From contig CM119268.1 of the NCBI GenBank assembly GCA_051294375.1, positions 5,429,101-5,493,100 of the forward strand: 64,000 bases of DNA, written 5' to 3'. Within the stretch, counting starts at the first letter, position 1, and each line of letters starts with the position of its first letter. The stretch comes from Paraspadella gotoi (lineage: Eukaryota > Animalia > Chaetognatha). A model generated the notes under the pieces. The model was not told the DNA's origin. It ran no database searches and worked only from the letters and a program-made list of their open reading frames with translations. Shown in pieces: positions 11,848 to 25,019 of the stretch. Both the position numbers and the translations under genes were made by a program.

Positions 11848-13153
11848 TAGAGTCCGATAACCGTTAACAGTTAACGGTGCTATTAACGGTTAAAAATAAT
11901 TTTAACTTAACCGTAATATATTTATTTTAACGGTTAAATTCGGTTAATTTTCAAGTAATGCACTTTTTTATAAAAGGTTTGATTTTTAAGAAAAAATTTT
12001 TTTCCTATAATTCTCCTCTCCCTATTCTTCACTCAATATCTTTTCCCCCGCTCTCTCTGTCTACATTTTCCCCTTTCTTCTTTTCTTTGTAATTTTCAAC
12101 CCTTTAATTATTTTTCTATCCTAAGTCTATCTATCATTTTCTCGCCCTTTCGGTTTTGTTTTTTACCATTACTTTCTCCAATTGTTTGTTTTTCCTCTTC
12201 AGCTATTTTTATACATTTAACATCAACAAATATTTTGAACATATAATATGCATTGCATATATTTTTTTTTTTGCAACACTCAAATTTTTACATGCCATCA
12301 TAACTATTCTATTTTAGCAATAAAAAAAATAAATAAGTCTTTCTTATGTTTATTTTGCTTTTCTTCCAATTTTCTGATCATCAACCATTCAATATAAAAT
12401 TGATATTCGGTAATTACAGAAAAACAAAGTTTATTTGTTTTACAAACAACGGGGTTTATTCCAAAAAACGGCATGTTCGACTCTATTTTTCCGAGTTACA
12501 TCAGCGCGTGAGAGTCGAAACATGTCCCTTTTTTTTTAAAATAAACAACCTGTTGTTGTAAACAAAATAAACTTTGCTTTCAACTAACCATAAAACGGCA
12601 ACCGAAAAAGAGTCTAACACAATATTTCATAATTTATATTTATATTTATGTTGGCATGTTTATGAAAGACTAACAACGAGAAAACAATGCTTTCAGAGAA
12701 ACCTAACAACTATAAAATAATTGAGGGAAGTAGAAATAAAAAAAAGAAAAAAGCGAAAACGAAAGAAGAAGAAAAAGAGAGAAAGAGTAAACAAAATATA
12801 CAGAATTAAAATTACTATTGTGCTTTTGTTCCATTGGTCTTCTTTTATATTTTTATTGCTATGAGCAAAAGAAATTTATAAATGCTGGTTTTTCAAACCA
12901 ATTTTCTCATTTTATCAATACTAATGTTCCTCATCTATCTGAAAAATAAAAGATAAAGAACGATTCAGTAGCCGGAGTTAGGGAGACAATATCCAATTAA
13001 ATACTTTAGTTAGTTTTCGAATATTAATATTTTAAATTTAAAATTAAATGTCATAAAATTAACACACTTTTCAACTGGATTAACCGTTAAAAACGTTAGT
13101 TTAACGGTTTTACGCAAGTTCCCTCAAAAAATTAACGGTTTAACGGAACCCTA
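11848..13153. mobile_element. Non-autonomous hAT-like DNA transposon (~1.3 kb) in an intron of the channel gene
   Basis: Imperfect TIRs TAGAGTCCGATAACCGTTAA ... TTAACGGTTTAACGGAACCCTA; subterminal AACCGTT/AACGGTT clusters at both ends; near 8-bp target duplication cctacgaa (11839-11846) / cctaccaa (13154-13161); AT-rich non-coding interior. Confidence 0.65.
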
Positions 13154-13924
13154 CCTACCAACCCCCCATTTCATCTCAAATTTGGAAGCGAGTTAATTTT
13201 TATTAAGTTTAAAGACGCGGTTAAAGATAAAGGTTAAGAATTAAGTTAAAGATTGGGGTTGGGGTTTAATTATTAAGGTTCAGGGACTTTGGCTTAGGGT
13301 TTAAGATTTAAGATTGGTTTAAGATTATGATTAAATATTAGGGTTTAAGGAACAGAAATGGAGTGATTTTTATTTTGAATTTCGAGCTTCGCTTTGATTC
13401 GCCTTTCTTAGACTTAGACTCTTCTCCCCCACCCCCTTATGAAAAAAAGGAGAAACTCTTTTTTTCTACTAGACGCTACGTGACAGATATTAATTTTACA
13501 CATTATCAGCCTTTTAAAAAGGAATTTCGGGCTTAATGCAATAGGCATAAGATCTTCTTTGCTTTTTTTATTTTTTGCTTTTCTTTTTTTCTGCAGAGTT
13601 TTAAATTCATATATATTTTTTTCCTCGCGCAATTTTATTTTCATATATTTTAATTATTCCTAATTTTTTTTTATTCGAATTGTAATTTTTTTAACTTCTT
13701 GCAGTATTAAAAATACAGTCGTAGTGTTTTTAATGGGATTAAGAAAATCGCTACAGGTTTTTATCTTTTATTTCGCTAAATTAAGCGAAACTGTTACTAC
13801 ATCTTAATAAATTTATAATGATTTNNNNNNNNNNNNNNNNNNNNNNNNNNNNNNNNNNNNNNNNNNNNNNNNNNNNNNNNNNNNNNNNNNNNNNNNNNNN
13901 NNNNNNNNNNNNNNNNNNNNNNNN

Positions 13925-13957
<33 letters not shown>

Positions 13958-15064
13958 ATAGAGAGAGAGAGAGAGGAACGCATAGAGAGTGAGGTACACG
14001 GAGGAAAATAAAAAAAAATTAAAAAAAACTAAGAACGTAGGAACAAGGGAAAAAAACGAAAGAGAGAGAGAGAGAGCAGAGAAAATTCAATATTTCTCTC
14101 TCTCTCTATCTCTCTCTGTCTCATAAAGAGGAAGAGGAGTTCCACCCATTCTGAGCTAAAACGACCCTCAGTTTTATTTCATTTTTTGAGAATAAAAAAA
14201 ATCGAGAATTGGTCTTAATGCTCATATTTTCAACGAGTGTGCAGTGAAAGAGAGAGGATAGAAAGAGAGGAAGAGAAAGAGAGGAAGCGAGAAAGAACGA
14301 AAGGGTCTTTCTTTTTCTTTCTATCATTTTTTCTTTTACTTTTCTTTTCTTTTCTTTTCTTTTCTTTTCTTTTCTTTTCTTTTCTTTTCTTTTCTTTTCT
14401 TTTCTTGTCTTGTCTTGTCTTGTCTTGTCTTGTCTTGTCTTGTCTTGTCTTGTCTTGTCTTGTCTTGTCTTGTCTTGTCTTGCCTTGTCTTGTCTTTTCT
14501 TTTCTTTCATTTTATTTTCTTCCCCGTTACTTTCCTTTCCTTTCCTTTTCTCTTCTTCCTTTTTCTCTCCTTTCTTCTCTTTCCTCTATTTTTTAAAAAG
14601 GTCTGACCTCCTCATTGTCGTCGTGGTTGTTGTTGTCGTTGTTGTTCCACCCACTTTGCCCCAGCGCATTGTTGCACATAAACAGAAACGCAAAGCGACG
14701 TAGTGTTATGGTCGCTCATGACGCGGCTCTTAGTTTGGGTGACTGTGGTTTCAGTGTGGGCAGGTTGGGTCGTATAAAGTGAGAGTTTTTTTTGCAAAAT
14801 GTTTACAAAATTGTACTCAATATTTTACTTATTTTATTTATTTTACTTATTTAATTTAACTTAGTTTTCGCGATTTTCTCTTTTTATTTGTTACGGAATT
14901 TCTTCGAATCGCCTTCGTGGCATCCAAGGGCAGGTGGGTAAGGGGAGCCGGGTAAGGCAAAGCAGCAGCCTCGATGCCCTTTTGGCGCGTCCACCGAGCG
15001 AGATGGGGATAGAAAAGAGGGGGAGGAAGAGAGAGAGAGAGAGAAGGAGAGAGAGAGAGAGGAG

Positions 15065-15101
<37 letters not shown>

Positions 15102-17780
15102 AGAGAGAGGAGAGAGAGATGAGAGAGAGAGAGATAAGAGAGATGAGAAGAGACTGAGGACTCTCGTCCGGCGATTGAAACCGAAAGAACGTGAACCGAA
15201 CAGAAGGCGGCGATTTAGAAAAAGGGTGAGGGGGGGGGGGCGTGTGAATGAGGGTGAAGGGGTGAGGCGCTGTGGAATAAATGTTATGGTGTTCACAGTG
15301 ATAAACGAGTTGGGGAAGTCGGTGTGTGATTGGAGGTGGGAGGGGGGGCGGGGGATAAATGGAATGGCTTTGTTGTTGGAAATGACATCATTACATTGTT
15401 TGGGAGGGAAAGTGAGAAAAGGGGAGGAAGAGAGGGAGAGAGGAAGGAAGGGAGGAAAGGAGAAAAGGAGGGAGGGAGGAAGGGAGAACGGGAGGGAAGT
15501 AGGAAGGGAGGAAGATAGGGAAAAAAGGAAGAAAAAAAGGAGGAAAGGAGGGAGGGAGGAAGGAAGGAAGGAAATGAGGGAAGGAGAAAGAGAGGGAAAG
15601 AGGGAGAAAAATAGGAAGGGAGGAAAGGAGAGACGTAGGAAGGGAGGATTGAAGGAAGGAAAGAAGGAGAGAAAGAGGGAGGAAAATAGGAAGTCTCGGA
15701 TTCAATCCCGACTCGTTTCCTTTCCTGCGGGAAGCGTGAGAACGGGACGTCAACTGACTTGGCTTGACTCGGCAAAATTTCAAGACTAGTTCCGAGCACG
15801 TGACCAGTTCCATTGCTGCTGGTTATTTTTAGCTCTCTTGAGGTTTTATGCAGGGATATATTTAATTAGATATAAATGGCCTTTCGGGTTCGAATCAAAT
15901 TGACTTCTTAAGGTGTTATTGGCCTCTCAGGGAAAGGAGCCAAATTGGTATTGGGCTCTTCGCCCAATAGTATTGGCCTCGTCGGGGAAAAAAAAGTGAA
16001 AAGGTGGAAACGGCGTCTGGAGGCGAAACATGAGGCCGAAAATGTGGCGTCGACCACGAGGGATCCTTTTCCTTTATTTCCTTTTTCTTTTCCTTTATTT
16101 CCTTTTTCTTTTTCTTCTTCCCTTTTTCTTTCGATCTTTCTATGTATCCTTTTTCTCCTTTTTTCTTTTTCTTTTTCTTTTTTCTCTCTTCTCCTTTTAC
16201 GGCGAATTTATCTCCAGAGATTCAGTCGTAAATTTCCGTTTGACTCAAGGAAAGAAGACGTCGTTGTCTTCGTCGTCGTCGTCGTTGTCCCCGTCGTCTT
16301 CGTCGTTGTTGTCGTCGTCGTCGTCGTTGTACTCGTCGTCGTCGTCGTCGTTGTACTCGTCGTCGTTGTCTTCGTCGTCATCGTTATCGTCGTTGTCTTC
16401 GTCGTCATCATTGTCAATTTGTCATCATCGTCGTCATCGTCATCGCTCTCCATATCGTCGTCATATTCATCGTAGTCGTCAGTATCGTCGTCGTCGTCAT
16501 TTTCATCGTCGCGGTCACTCAACCCACGTGATAGTAGTCTACCTTTTTTAATATTTATTAAATAAATAATCATCCAATTCTCGATTAATCATTTCCAATC
16601 CTCGACAGCAGGAAACAAAGCACTAAAAAAAAGGGCAACGAAGCATGAAAGAAAAGAATTGAATAGTAGAGAGAGAGATGAGAAGAGAGAGAGGAGAGAT
16701 GAGAGATGAGAGAGAGTAGAGAGCAGAGAGAGAGAGAGGGAGAGAGAGAGAGAGAGTGTAGAGAGAGTTCACTTGACGCGAATGAGAAAGAAGAAAAAAA
16801 AGCGAGGAGCAGGGCGACGCGCGTGAAAACTCTTGATTCGGCCACCGTAAACTTGAGTGGCCTTACAACACCAATCAACCCAATCAGTGGGACCAAGTCT
16901 ATTTCCGCGCCCAAAGTTTCGGGGCCAAAGTGCCCATTCAAACAAAAAAAAATGCTTCGTCGAAAATCGTGCCTGAGAATGACAAGGGCCGCCGAACAAA
17001 CCCTGCGAACCCGAAAAAAGAAGTCAAAACTCTTAACCCTTTCCTAAGTTCTTGACAGTCTTTGACATGCCATTTTTGGCCGTGAAATGGACAAAAGAAA
17101 GGGCGGGAAGAACAAATCGTGGATCGAAGAAAACCATTAAGAAATACACAAGAAAAATAGAGAACAATGCATATATTTCGTGAGAACAGTTGGTGGTTGG
17201 TTTGAGTTACAGAAAGCAAGAAAAAGAAGGAAATTAGAGGAAAGAAAGAATTGGAGCACTTTTCTCCCGAAAGTGTACCAGATTTCATATTCATAACTAC
17301 CTGAAACTTACTTCAATCTAATGTTTTCTTACCCTAAGGCTATTACAAAACCTATAATCTAATCGCCTAATCCATAACCATAATTTGCCTAAATCAACAA
17401 GCTTATCCCCAAACTATATTTCCTTAAAACCTATTCGTGTGAACCTTACAAGTTAAACCCTAAAAACTTCGTATGTCCCGACACACCTACAATGAATAAA
17501 GGGATGTTTGTGAAGAATTAAGGCCAGAAATTGACAAATGTATATTAAGCAGATGAATAAACGAAAAGATACAAAGAACAGAGCAAAAAAAAGTCGTTTA
17601 TTTGTGATAATTTTCTTCCTTTTTTTTCCTTAATGAATTCGCTTTTATGGGTTTTTTTGTACATCGTTATGGTTCTTACATAAGGTTGTCTGGACCGCCA
17701 AAGCCGAAGTCTTTCCCTTTCTATTGCACGTACTGTGTTTGTTTGCTGAAGAGCGGACTTCTCTCTCTCTTTCTCTCTTT

Positions 17781-17821
<41 letters not shown>

Positions 17822-17978
17822 TCTTCTCTCTCTCTCTTCTCTCTCTCTCATCTCTCTCTCTCTCTCGTTATGATCTTTCGGCAACATCTCTGTCTCACTC
17901 AAGCGGTCGTCTATCTCCATTCTTCTAACAACACTCCCCATTTTCGATTTAAGACTACAACCTTCCATAGTCTCTCTC

Positions 17979-18037
<59 letters not shown>

Positions 18038-18054
18038 CTCTCTCCTCCACTCAC

Positions 18055-18260
18055 CTTCTCCACTTCCTTCCCCCTCCCGCCGAAACGCGTGTTTCAATCC
18101 ATGTGAATCGTGTTCAGTGACTCCAGCGTCGGAAAAAAGTCAACGTCGCCCCCGTCTCGTCGTCGTGTGTCGTCCGTTGGCCGGGAACGTCGACGGGGGT
18201 ACCCTCACGGGATCTCGGCGGGGTTCTTCGTTTTCGAAGGCAGGTTGGAGGAGTCGGGGA
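18055..18260 (-). CDS. DEG/ENaC N-terminal exon carrying the conserved pre-TM1 HG motif (frameshifted; 5' boundary uncertain)
   Basis: Minus strand reads ...SHGLKHAFRREGEGSGE followed by donor G|gtgagt. Adjacent frames give TLTFFRRWS and SLNTIH, so the intact sequence resembles 'F..NT.HGL.H.F' (ASIC 'STLHGLxHIF'). It lies upstream of the other channel exons on the same strand. Confidence 0.65.
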
Positions 18261-21200
18261 CGGGGGAATGGATGAGGCGGGGAAGGTTAGAAGAATAGTG
18301 CAGGGGAACAGAGGGAAGATGCAGGGGAAAAAGGGATAGAAGAATGGATTTGGGGAAGGAAAGAGGGCAGGGAAGAGAGCGAAAGAGGGGCAGGGAAAGA
18401 GGGTAGCAGAAAGAGGGCAGGGAAAGGAGGCAGGTGGAAAGAGGGCAGGGAAAGAGGGCAGGAAAGGGGCCAGGGGAAAGCACGGGCAGGGACAGGAGTG
18501 TCGTGTGATGTATTAATCTATGTGACGAGAAAAAGATTGGAATTCCCTTTCGGACCGACGAGAAAACCAAAATGCAGAACCCAAGTCAATACAAAAAAGG
18601 TCAACCTGAGAGGATAAAAAAAAAAAAAAAAAAAAAACTAGTGGCGCTTTTCGAGGCACGAAATCCAAAATGGCGTCAGGTGTATAATTGGCGTAAATAA
18701 TTAAAAATAGAATTTCAGTTGTTTGAATGATCATTTAAAACGTAGTTATTAAATGTAGAGATTTCGGAACCTGAATATGAAATAAAAGTTTAAAGGAGAA
18801 TTTGAAAAGCAAAAATTTTAGCATCGATTATTTTAAATTTTCCTCGCAAGCATATAGTCTCTCTTAACTAGTCTCCAGCAAGAATTAAAAAAACGGTTTT
18901 TATTAATGGTACATCTATAAAAAGATAAGTTGCATTCTCGGGATCCATGACGTATACAAAAGTGCTAAGGCTAAACGAATCTGCGAGATAGATACTCGGA
19001 ATAAATATCGAGATAATTAAACGCGGATACTCTATCGCCGTGTTTTGAAAAAAAACCAAACCACGCCCACACCCCTGATGTAATAAGTCAAAAAGTTGAC
19101 ACCGGCAGCCCAGTGATTATATCAATTCTTGTCATTGATTAATTGATAATTTTTGTCATAAAATATATCAATGATATGTAACATTTTTTTTGACGGGCCT
19201 GAACTAGAGGCAGACTCTAGACTATCCCGTCGACGGCGATGATTATTATCGACCTTTTTTGTTTTTATTACTTTGTTTAGTTGAATTTTAAAAAAAAATT
19301 TTGGTTTGGTCGAGGTGTTACAATGTAAAAATAGCAGAACAATACTACATAGATTTGATTTCCGTTAGAACTTATACTAGCGTCACCGTGGTGCGCCATC
19401 GCAATTATTACCAAATTGCCCGCAAAATACCATGATTTTAAATTTGGATAAAAACATAATGTTTTCTGGTCTCATAAGTCATTAAATTGTTTCCCTCCAA
19501 TAACTAAATTTCCTCGCTACCCGTCGTGCTTCCTTTTTTTTCCACATTCCAGACCAAATTTCTTTTTTTTTCCTCCATTTATTTCGACAAATCTTTTTCC
19601 TACTTTTGTAAGATAACCCAAAGTTCGCAACGGTAGGACTTTTGAATTAGGTTCGGCCCCTCATATAATACTCCAACGACAAAGGATTGTTAAACAAAAC
19701 AAGTTTTAGACACAGCGAATTAAGATTATGATATTTTTTCTTATTTAAAAAACTGTCGCTTTATTGTGTCTGACAGTTAAGAATGGCGTTTCAGACAGCC
19801 GACATCTCACGTCGNNNNNNNNNNNNNNNNNNNNNNNNNNNNNNNNNNNNNNNNNNNNNNNNNNNNNNNNNNNNNNNNNNNNNNNNNNNNNNNNNNNNNN
19901 NNNNNNNNNNNNNNNNNNNNNNNNNNNNNNNNNNNNNNNNNNNNNNNNNNNNNNNNNNNNNNNNNNNNNNNNNNNNNNNNNNNNNNNNNNNNNNNNNNNN
20001 NNNNNNNNNNNNNNNNNNNNNNNNNNNNNNNNNNNNNNNNNNNNNNNNNNNNNNNNNNNNNNNNNNNNNNNNNNNNNNNNNNNNNNNNNNNNNNNNNNNN
20101 NNNNNNNNNNNNNNNNNNNNNNNNNNNNNNNNNNNNNNNNNNNNNNNNNNNNNNNNNNNNNNNNNNNNNNNNNNNNNNNNNNNNNNNNNNNNNNNAGAGG
20201 GAAAACGGGCCTGATTTCAGAGTCGAGGCTTAAGGTATGAAAATCGATTTGGAACAAAATGACATCGCCAGAAAAAATAAAAACAAAAAATATAACAACA
20301 AAATATTTTTTTTCCTGGTGCGTGCATAAAGCGATTCATTTGGTTAAATTTACATTGAACTTGAAACCAAATACAACTAAACTTTCGTGTCTTTATGTAA
20401 TTTTTTTATTTAATGCTTATTTATGTTAACTAAAATGCAAAAACAGACACCAGATTCCACGAAACCTATCTAGCTTTTTTTACATTAGTCAATTTGTAGA
20501 CATTATGTATAGACTTTCGATTTCGTTGTTNNNNNNNNNNNNNNNNNNNNNNNNNCTCTCGAGGTCCCTCACTATTCACACTCGCTAATTTTATCCTCAG
20601 TCTCTAACTCTCACGCCTCGGCTAATTTCCATCCTCTCAGTACCTCACTTTCTCACTCATGCTAAGTATCTATAATCTCAACACTCACGGCTAATGCTCA
20701 TATCTCCTCCCTCAGTTCCTCACTCTCTTCACTCATATAATTCATCATTTATGTCCTTACTCTCGATGCTCGGCTAAATTATGTCTCTCTCAGTCTTACT
20801 CTCGCACTGGCTTCGTTAATTTAGGTTCAACTCGCGTGTCGTTACTCGTCTCGGAAAGAGGCTTTAATACTAAGTCCATATACTACCAAGCTTGCCAATT
20901 CTTCTCCACCTCTCTCACCTCTTCGTCGCTCTGCCTAGTTTATCGCCTTATGTGGTCACTGTCTCTCTCAGTCTTTCTCGTCTTGTTCACATTCGTTCAC
21001 CATCTCTCGGATCTTACGCCTCTCTTCCTACCGAGTTAATCCTCTCATTACCCTGTTTCATCCTTCATCTTAATTGACTTATTGGTTTTATAGTCTATCC
21101 TAGAATATAAGATATCGACAATTTAAGATTTCTTTACTATTTTAACATTCGGCACTCATAACTTCACCCATGTTGGCTTTTGCAATCAACAGATTGCTAT

Positions 21201-21587
21201 TATGAATTGTAGTCATTTCATATTTAAATTCTTGGAACTTGCATGAAACCTGTTTCTCTTTAGACATCATCCAAAATTTCACTTTTCCTTCCCTCTCTCA
21301 TCTCCCTCCTTCTCTCTCTCTCTCTCTCTTCTCTCGTCTCTCTCTCTCGGTGCACTTCATTCTCTCTCCTCTCTCTCTCTCTCATCTCATTGCTCTCTGC
21401 TCTCCTGCTTCCTCTCGATCTCTTATTTCCCCCCCTCTCTTCTCTCTTTCCCCTGTCTCTCCCTCTCCCTTCGCTCCGATTTCTAATCACCCCGCCTTCA
21501 CCCCTTCTCCTTCTTTCACCCCAACTCGTCCAAGCTTGCCCAACACACTAGACAACGCAGTCTCTCTTCCAATCGCTCTCCCCACAG

Positions 21588-21820
21588 AAAGAATGGCTTG
21601 TTGTGCCCCCCTCCGTTTTTCACCCCTTGGCCTGGTGGGGGGGTCGTGATAGCGGACTCTCCTCGCAGTTTTTTTTAGTTCACATTCTTCGGAACGTGTC
21701 GTTTCCCTCGCCCGTCCAAATGGCGGCGGAAGTCGTCACACGGCGCCGAGTTCTCAACACTCGTCTTCTCCCTTCCCTTCCGTCACAGTCCTGTGCCCAA
21801 TCTCAATCTGTTGTGCCGGT
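21588..21820 (+). CDS. Error-laden DEG/ENaC TM1 / FPxVTxCNxN exon, inverted relative to the other channel exons
   Basis: Acceptor ctccccacag|. Contains FPSPVQMAAEVV, then CCC TTC CCT TCC GTC ACA GTC (PFPSVTV, 21770-21790) followed by TGC and, after a shift, AAT CTC AAT (NLN). This matches the family signature FPAVTxCNxN. The surrounding sequence looks like an uncorrected long read. Confidence 0.6.
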
Positions 21821-23094
21821 TATGGAAAAAATGGGGGCGGGACGAAGAGAGAGCAGAGCAGAGAGAGAGAGAGATAAGATGGAAGCGGAGAGAAGACAGA
21901 GACGAGAGAGACCATCCACCTGGAAGTGAATCTCTAGACCTGATACGGACCGAAAATCGGGAGCCCGAAAAGGAGAGAGAGAACAAAATCGGCTGTGAAT
22001 AGGATGACGAAGAAGCGAAAAGAAGGAAAATAAAATTTAAAAATAAAAATGAACTTCAAAATGACCGCCGGTGCGAGGAGGTGAGAAGAGAAAGAAGAAG
22101 AGAGCAACGTGCAGGAGCGATGAGACGCAGCAGGAGTTCTGTGTACTCCTGTATTCAAAACAGCGCAAGAACAGGCAACCGCGTGCCTATCAAACCGTCA
22201 GGTGAGAGGAGGGCCGTCGGCAGGCTATCAGGGCCAAAAGAATATACGAGTGGCCACTTGGCATTTTTCCCAGATGGACCTTACCAGACCCCAGAACATG
22301 TCACGCTCTAGCAAATATATCCCCAACGCTATTGACAGGCCAATGACCCGATCTTAAAATCGTCACGCTAGTCCATCCATTTGCCCGGCCGGGGAGGGGG
22401 GCCGCCCTCATTTTTGAGCTCATTCTGTTTACTTACTTTCACTAATCCTTTACTTACCTATCCCTAACCACTTATTCTTCCATTTCAATTTCACTTCTAT
22501 CTTTACTACATTTATTTTTCATTGCTTGTTAATATAGTAGTTATAATACTTAGACTTAAATCTTTAAGATTTATCTTAGTTATTCTTATTTTCTCTGGTT
22601 GTACATTAACTAACTGTATTATTTTCAAATTTGTGTCTCTCTCTACTCCTCTCTCTTCTCTCTCTTTTTATTTTCACAATCTGTGACTTCTACTTCCCCT
22701 GTCCTTCACCTTGAACCTGTCCTCACATCTGAGACCGATTTCTCACTCAATTTCTTTGTTGGAATCTCCTCTCTCTCTCTGTCTCATCTGAACAATTCTT
22801 CTGCACCAAACTCAACTTCTCACAGAGACAATTGTTGTGATAAGAAAATCATTCTATGAAGACTCTAACTCTATATATATCTATATCTATGATCCGACTG
22901 TTACTGTGTTCAGATAAAAATTCGTTGCCACATTAAAACTGTTTTTCCTAAAATTAGTCAATTTAAAAAAATTAATATTTTATAATTAAAAAATTAACTC
23001 AAATAAACATCGTGAATCCCTTTTTTCTTTCGCCGCGGTGTCTCCCTCAACCGTCAATAAAAAAAGAAACCGTGCGCTTTCCAAACCGAGTGCG

Positions 23095-23475
23095 TAACGA
23101 TATCGATAACATTAATAGTAACGATATCGTAAATATTAATAGCTAAGCGCGATATGCCGAATAAACATTAATAGTAACGATTATCGATAAACATTAATAG
23201 TACGATATCGATATATTAATAGTAACGATATCGATAAAATTAATAGTAACGATATCGATAACATTAATAGTAACAGATATCGATAAACATTAATAGGTAA
23301 ACGATATTGGATATCGATAACATTGAATAGTGATAACATGGTTTCATCGATAACATTAATAGTAACGAGTATCGATAACATTAATAGTAACGATATCGAT
23401 AATATTAATAGTAACCGGCTAGTCGATAACATTAATAGTAACGATATCGATAACTATAATAGTAACGATATCGTT
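23095..23475. repeat. 24-bp minisatellite GATATCGATAACATTAATAGTAAC, about 15 copies
   Basis: Directly visible tandem units; lies just downstream of the predicted stop of the 7-exon gene. Confidence 0.9.
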
Positions 23476-23496
23476 ATAAATGACAATGTTCGGTTT

Positions 23497-23699
23497 TTAA
23501 ACAAACAAAATGTAATCAATACTTTTAAAGACGTTGTAGTAATTGCAGACGGGAGAGGGAAGAAAGTAAGTGCCCCCCGACGGCGAGGTGGGTGGAAATT
23601 TGGGTAGGTAATCCAGAGCCGGGTAAGCTGGATAGGCCGGCGGTTTGGGGTAAAAGTTTAGAGGCCAGGAGTGGAAACTAGCGTCGAATTTGAATGAGT
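23497..23699 (-). CDS. Uncharacterised protein, putative last coding exon 7 (DSFKFDASFHSWPLNFYPKPPAYPAYPALDYLPKFPPTSPSGGTYFLPSPVCNYYNVFKSIDYILFV*)
   Basis: Acceptor ccccag|, phase 1 start, 203 nt to TAA; Pro/Tyr-rich composition similar to exon 4. Confidence 0.65.
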
Positions 23700-24945
23700 C
23701 TGGGGTAGTTGGTGGGGGTGGTGGTTTGTTGTGGTCGGTTTTGGTGGTGATTGTGGTGGTTGCAGTGGTAGTTGTGGAAGTAGTGGTGGTAGTTGTGGCA
23801 GATTTGGAGGTTGTGGTGAGGTGAGTGAGTGAGGTGGTTGTGGGCAGTTATTGTTGTAGTTGTGATAGTGGTTAAAGCGATTTTGGTTGTTGTGGTAGGG
23901 GTGATGTTGATGATGGACATAATATGGGCATGGCAGTGGCATGGACATTGTCATTTGTATAAGGGATTCAAAGGGACGGGAAGGAGGAAAGGGAGGAACG
24001 ATAATGTGGTAAAATTAATTAATATTTAATTGACTCAGTTAAAATCAAAAAGTGTATAATATATACTATTCAGTTTCATTGAGCGATAATTTAGTTAATT
24101 CGGTCAGTCGGTCGGACTAATTTGTAATCATCGCTCTTACGACGGATGGGAGGTAAACTTTACGGATCTTGTGAACAATTAAGAGTCACCAACTGACTTC
24201 ACTCGGTTCTTGTGAATGGTTGGATGGCGTGAATTGTCGTCGTCCCTCCCGTTGATTGTGATTAAAACGTTGAATTTTAGTGAGATTTCCGGTGTTGAAG
24301 ACTTTTTCGATCGCGTCAGTTGATAAGGATCAGTTTATTTGGTAAAGAAAAAAAAGGATTAAAAAAATGAAATGAAAAAAAAACAACAAACTGCAAAGTG
24401 GCTTTCGTTTTCGTTGTGATAATTGTTATTAGTTAATGTAATAATCCAAAGACGACCTGATTCATAATTTCGGACTCGTCACGTTTAACTAAAACAAGAT
24501 TTATTTTCCACAAGAATGTTCAAATTTTTTTAAAAATTATAATTTCTTGGCAACTAATCAGCCACCATCAAAGTCGATAATTTTTTGAGATTCTGTTGGG
24601 CTAGAACAAAGTATTTGTTTAATCTTGTTGATGCTAATATTCAATCCTTCAAACTTGACTAACGTTTAACGTCTGAACATATTTTCCCGACAAAACCGTT
24701 TGACAATTTTTGCCCGACAAATTGAGACGTGCTGCCCGACTGTCGTGGCGAGCACGAGGCCGATCTGCATCCGGCGAGAGACGAAAAAGAAACTTTTTTA
24801 ATCTCATTACCGACGAGGGAAACAAAGAGAGAGAGGGAAGAGAGAGAGAAGAGAGAGAGAGAGAGAGGAGGAGAGAGAAGGAGAGAGGAAGCGGCGGAAA
24901 AAGTTCACAAATATATAGGAGCGTCCTGACCCCTTGTTACCAGGA

Positions 24946-25019
<74 letters not shown>

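Noticed and set aside
14606-14790. Possible additional channel exon (finger region) ending at a gtcaga donor
   Set aside because: No acceptor gives a stop-free frame in the required phase, and there is no family motif.
18660-18685. CAAAATGGCG start-like/YY1 motif on the plus strand near the channel gene's 5' region
   Set aside because: No convincing downstream exon chain on the plus strand.
23095-23475. CRISPR-like appearance of short palindromic repeats
   Set aside because: Units are head-to-tail with no unique spacers, the context is eukaryotic, and no cas genes are present.
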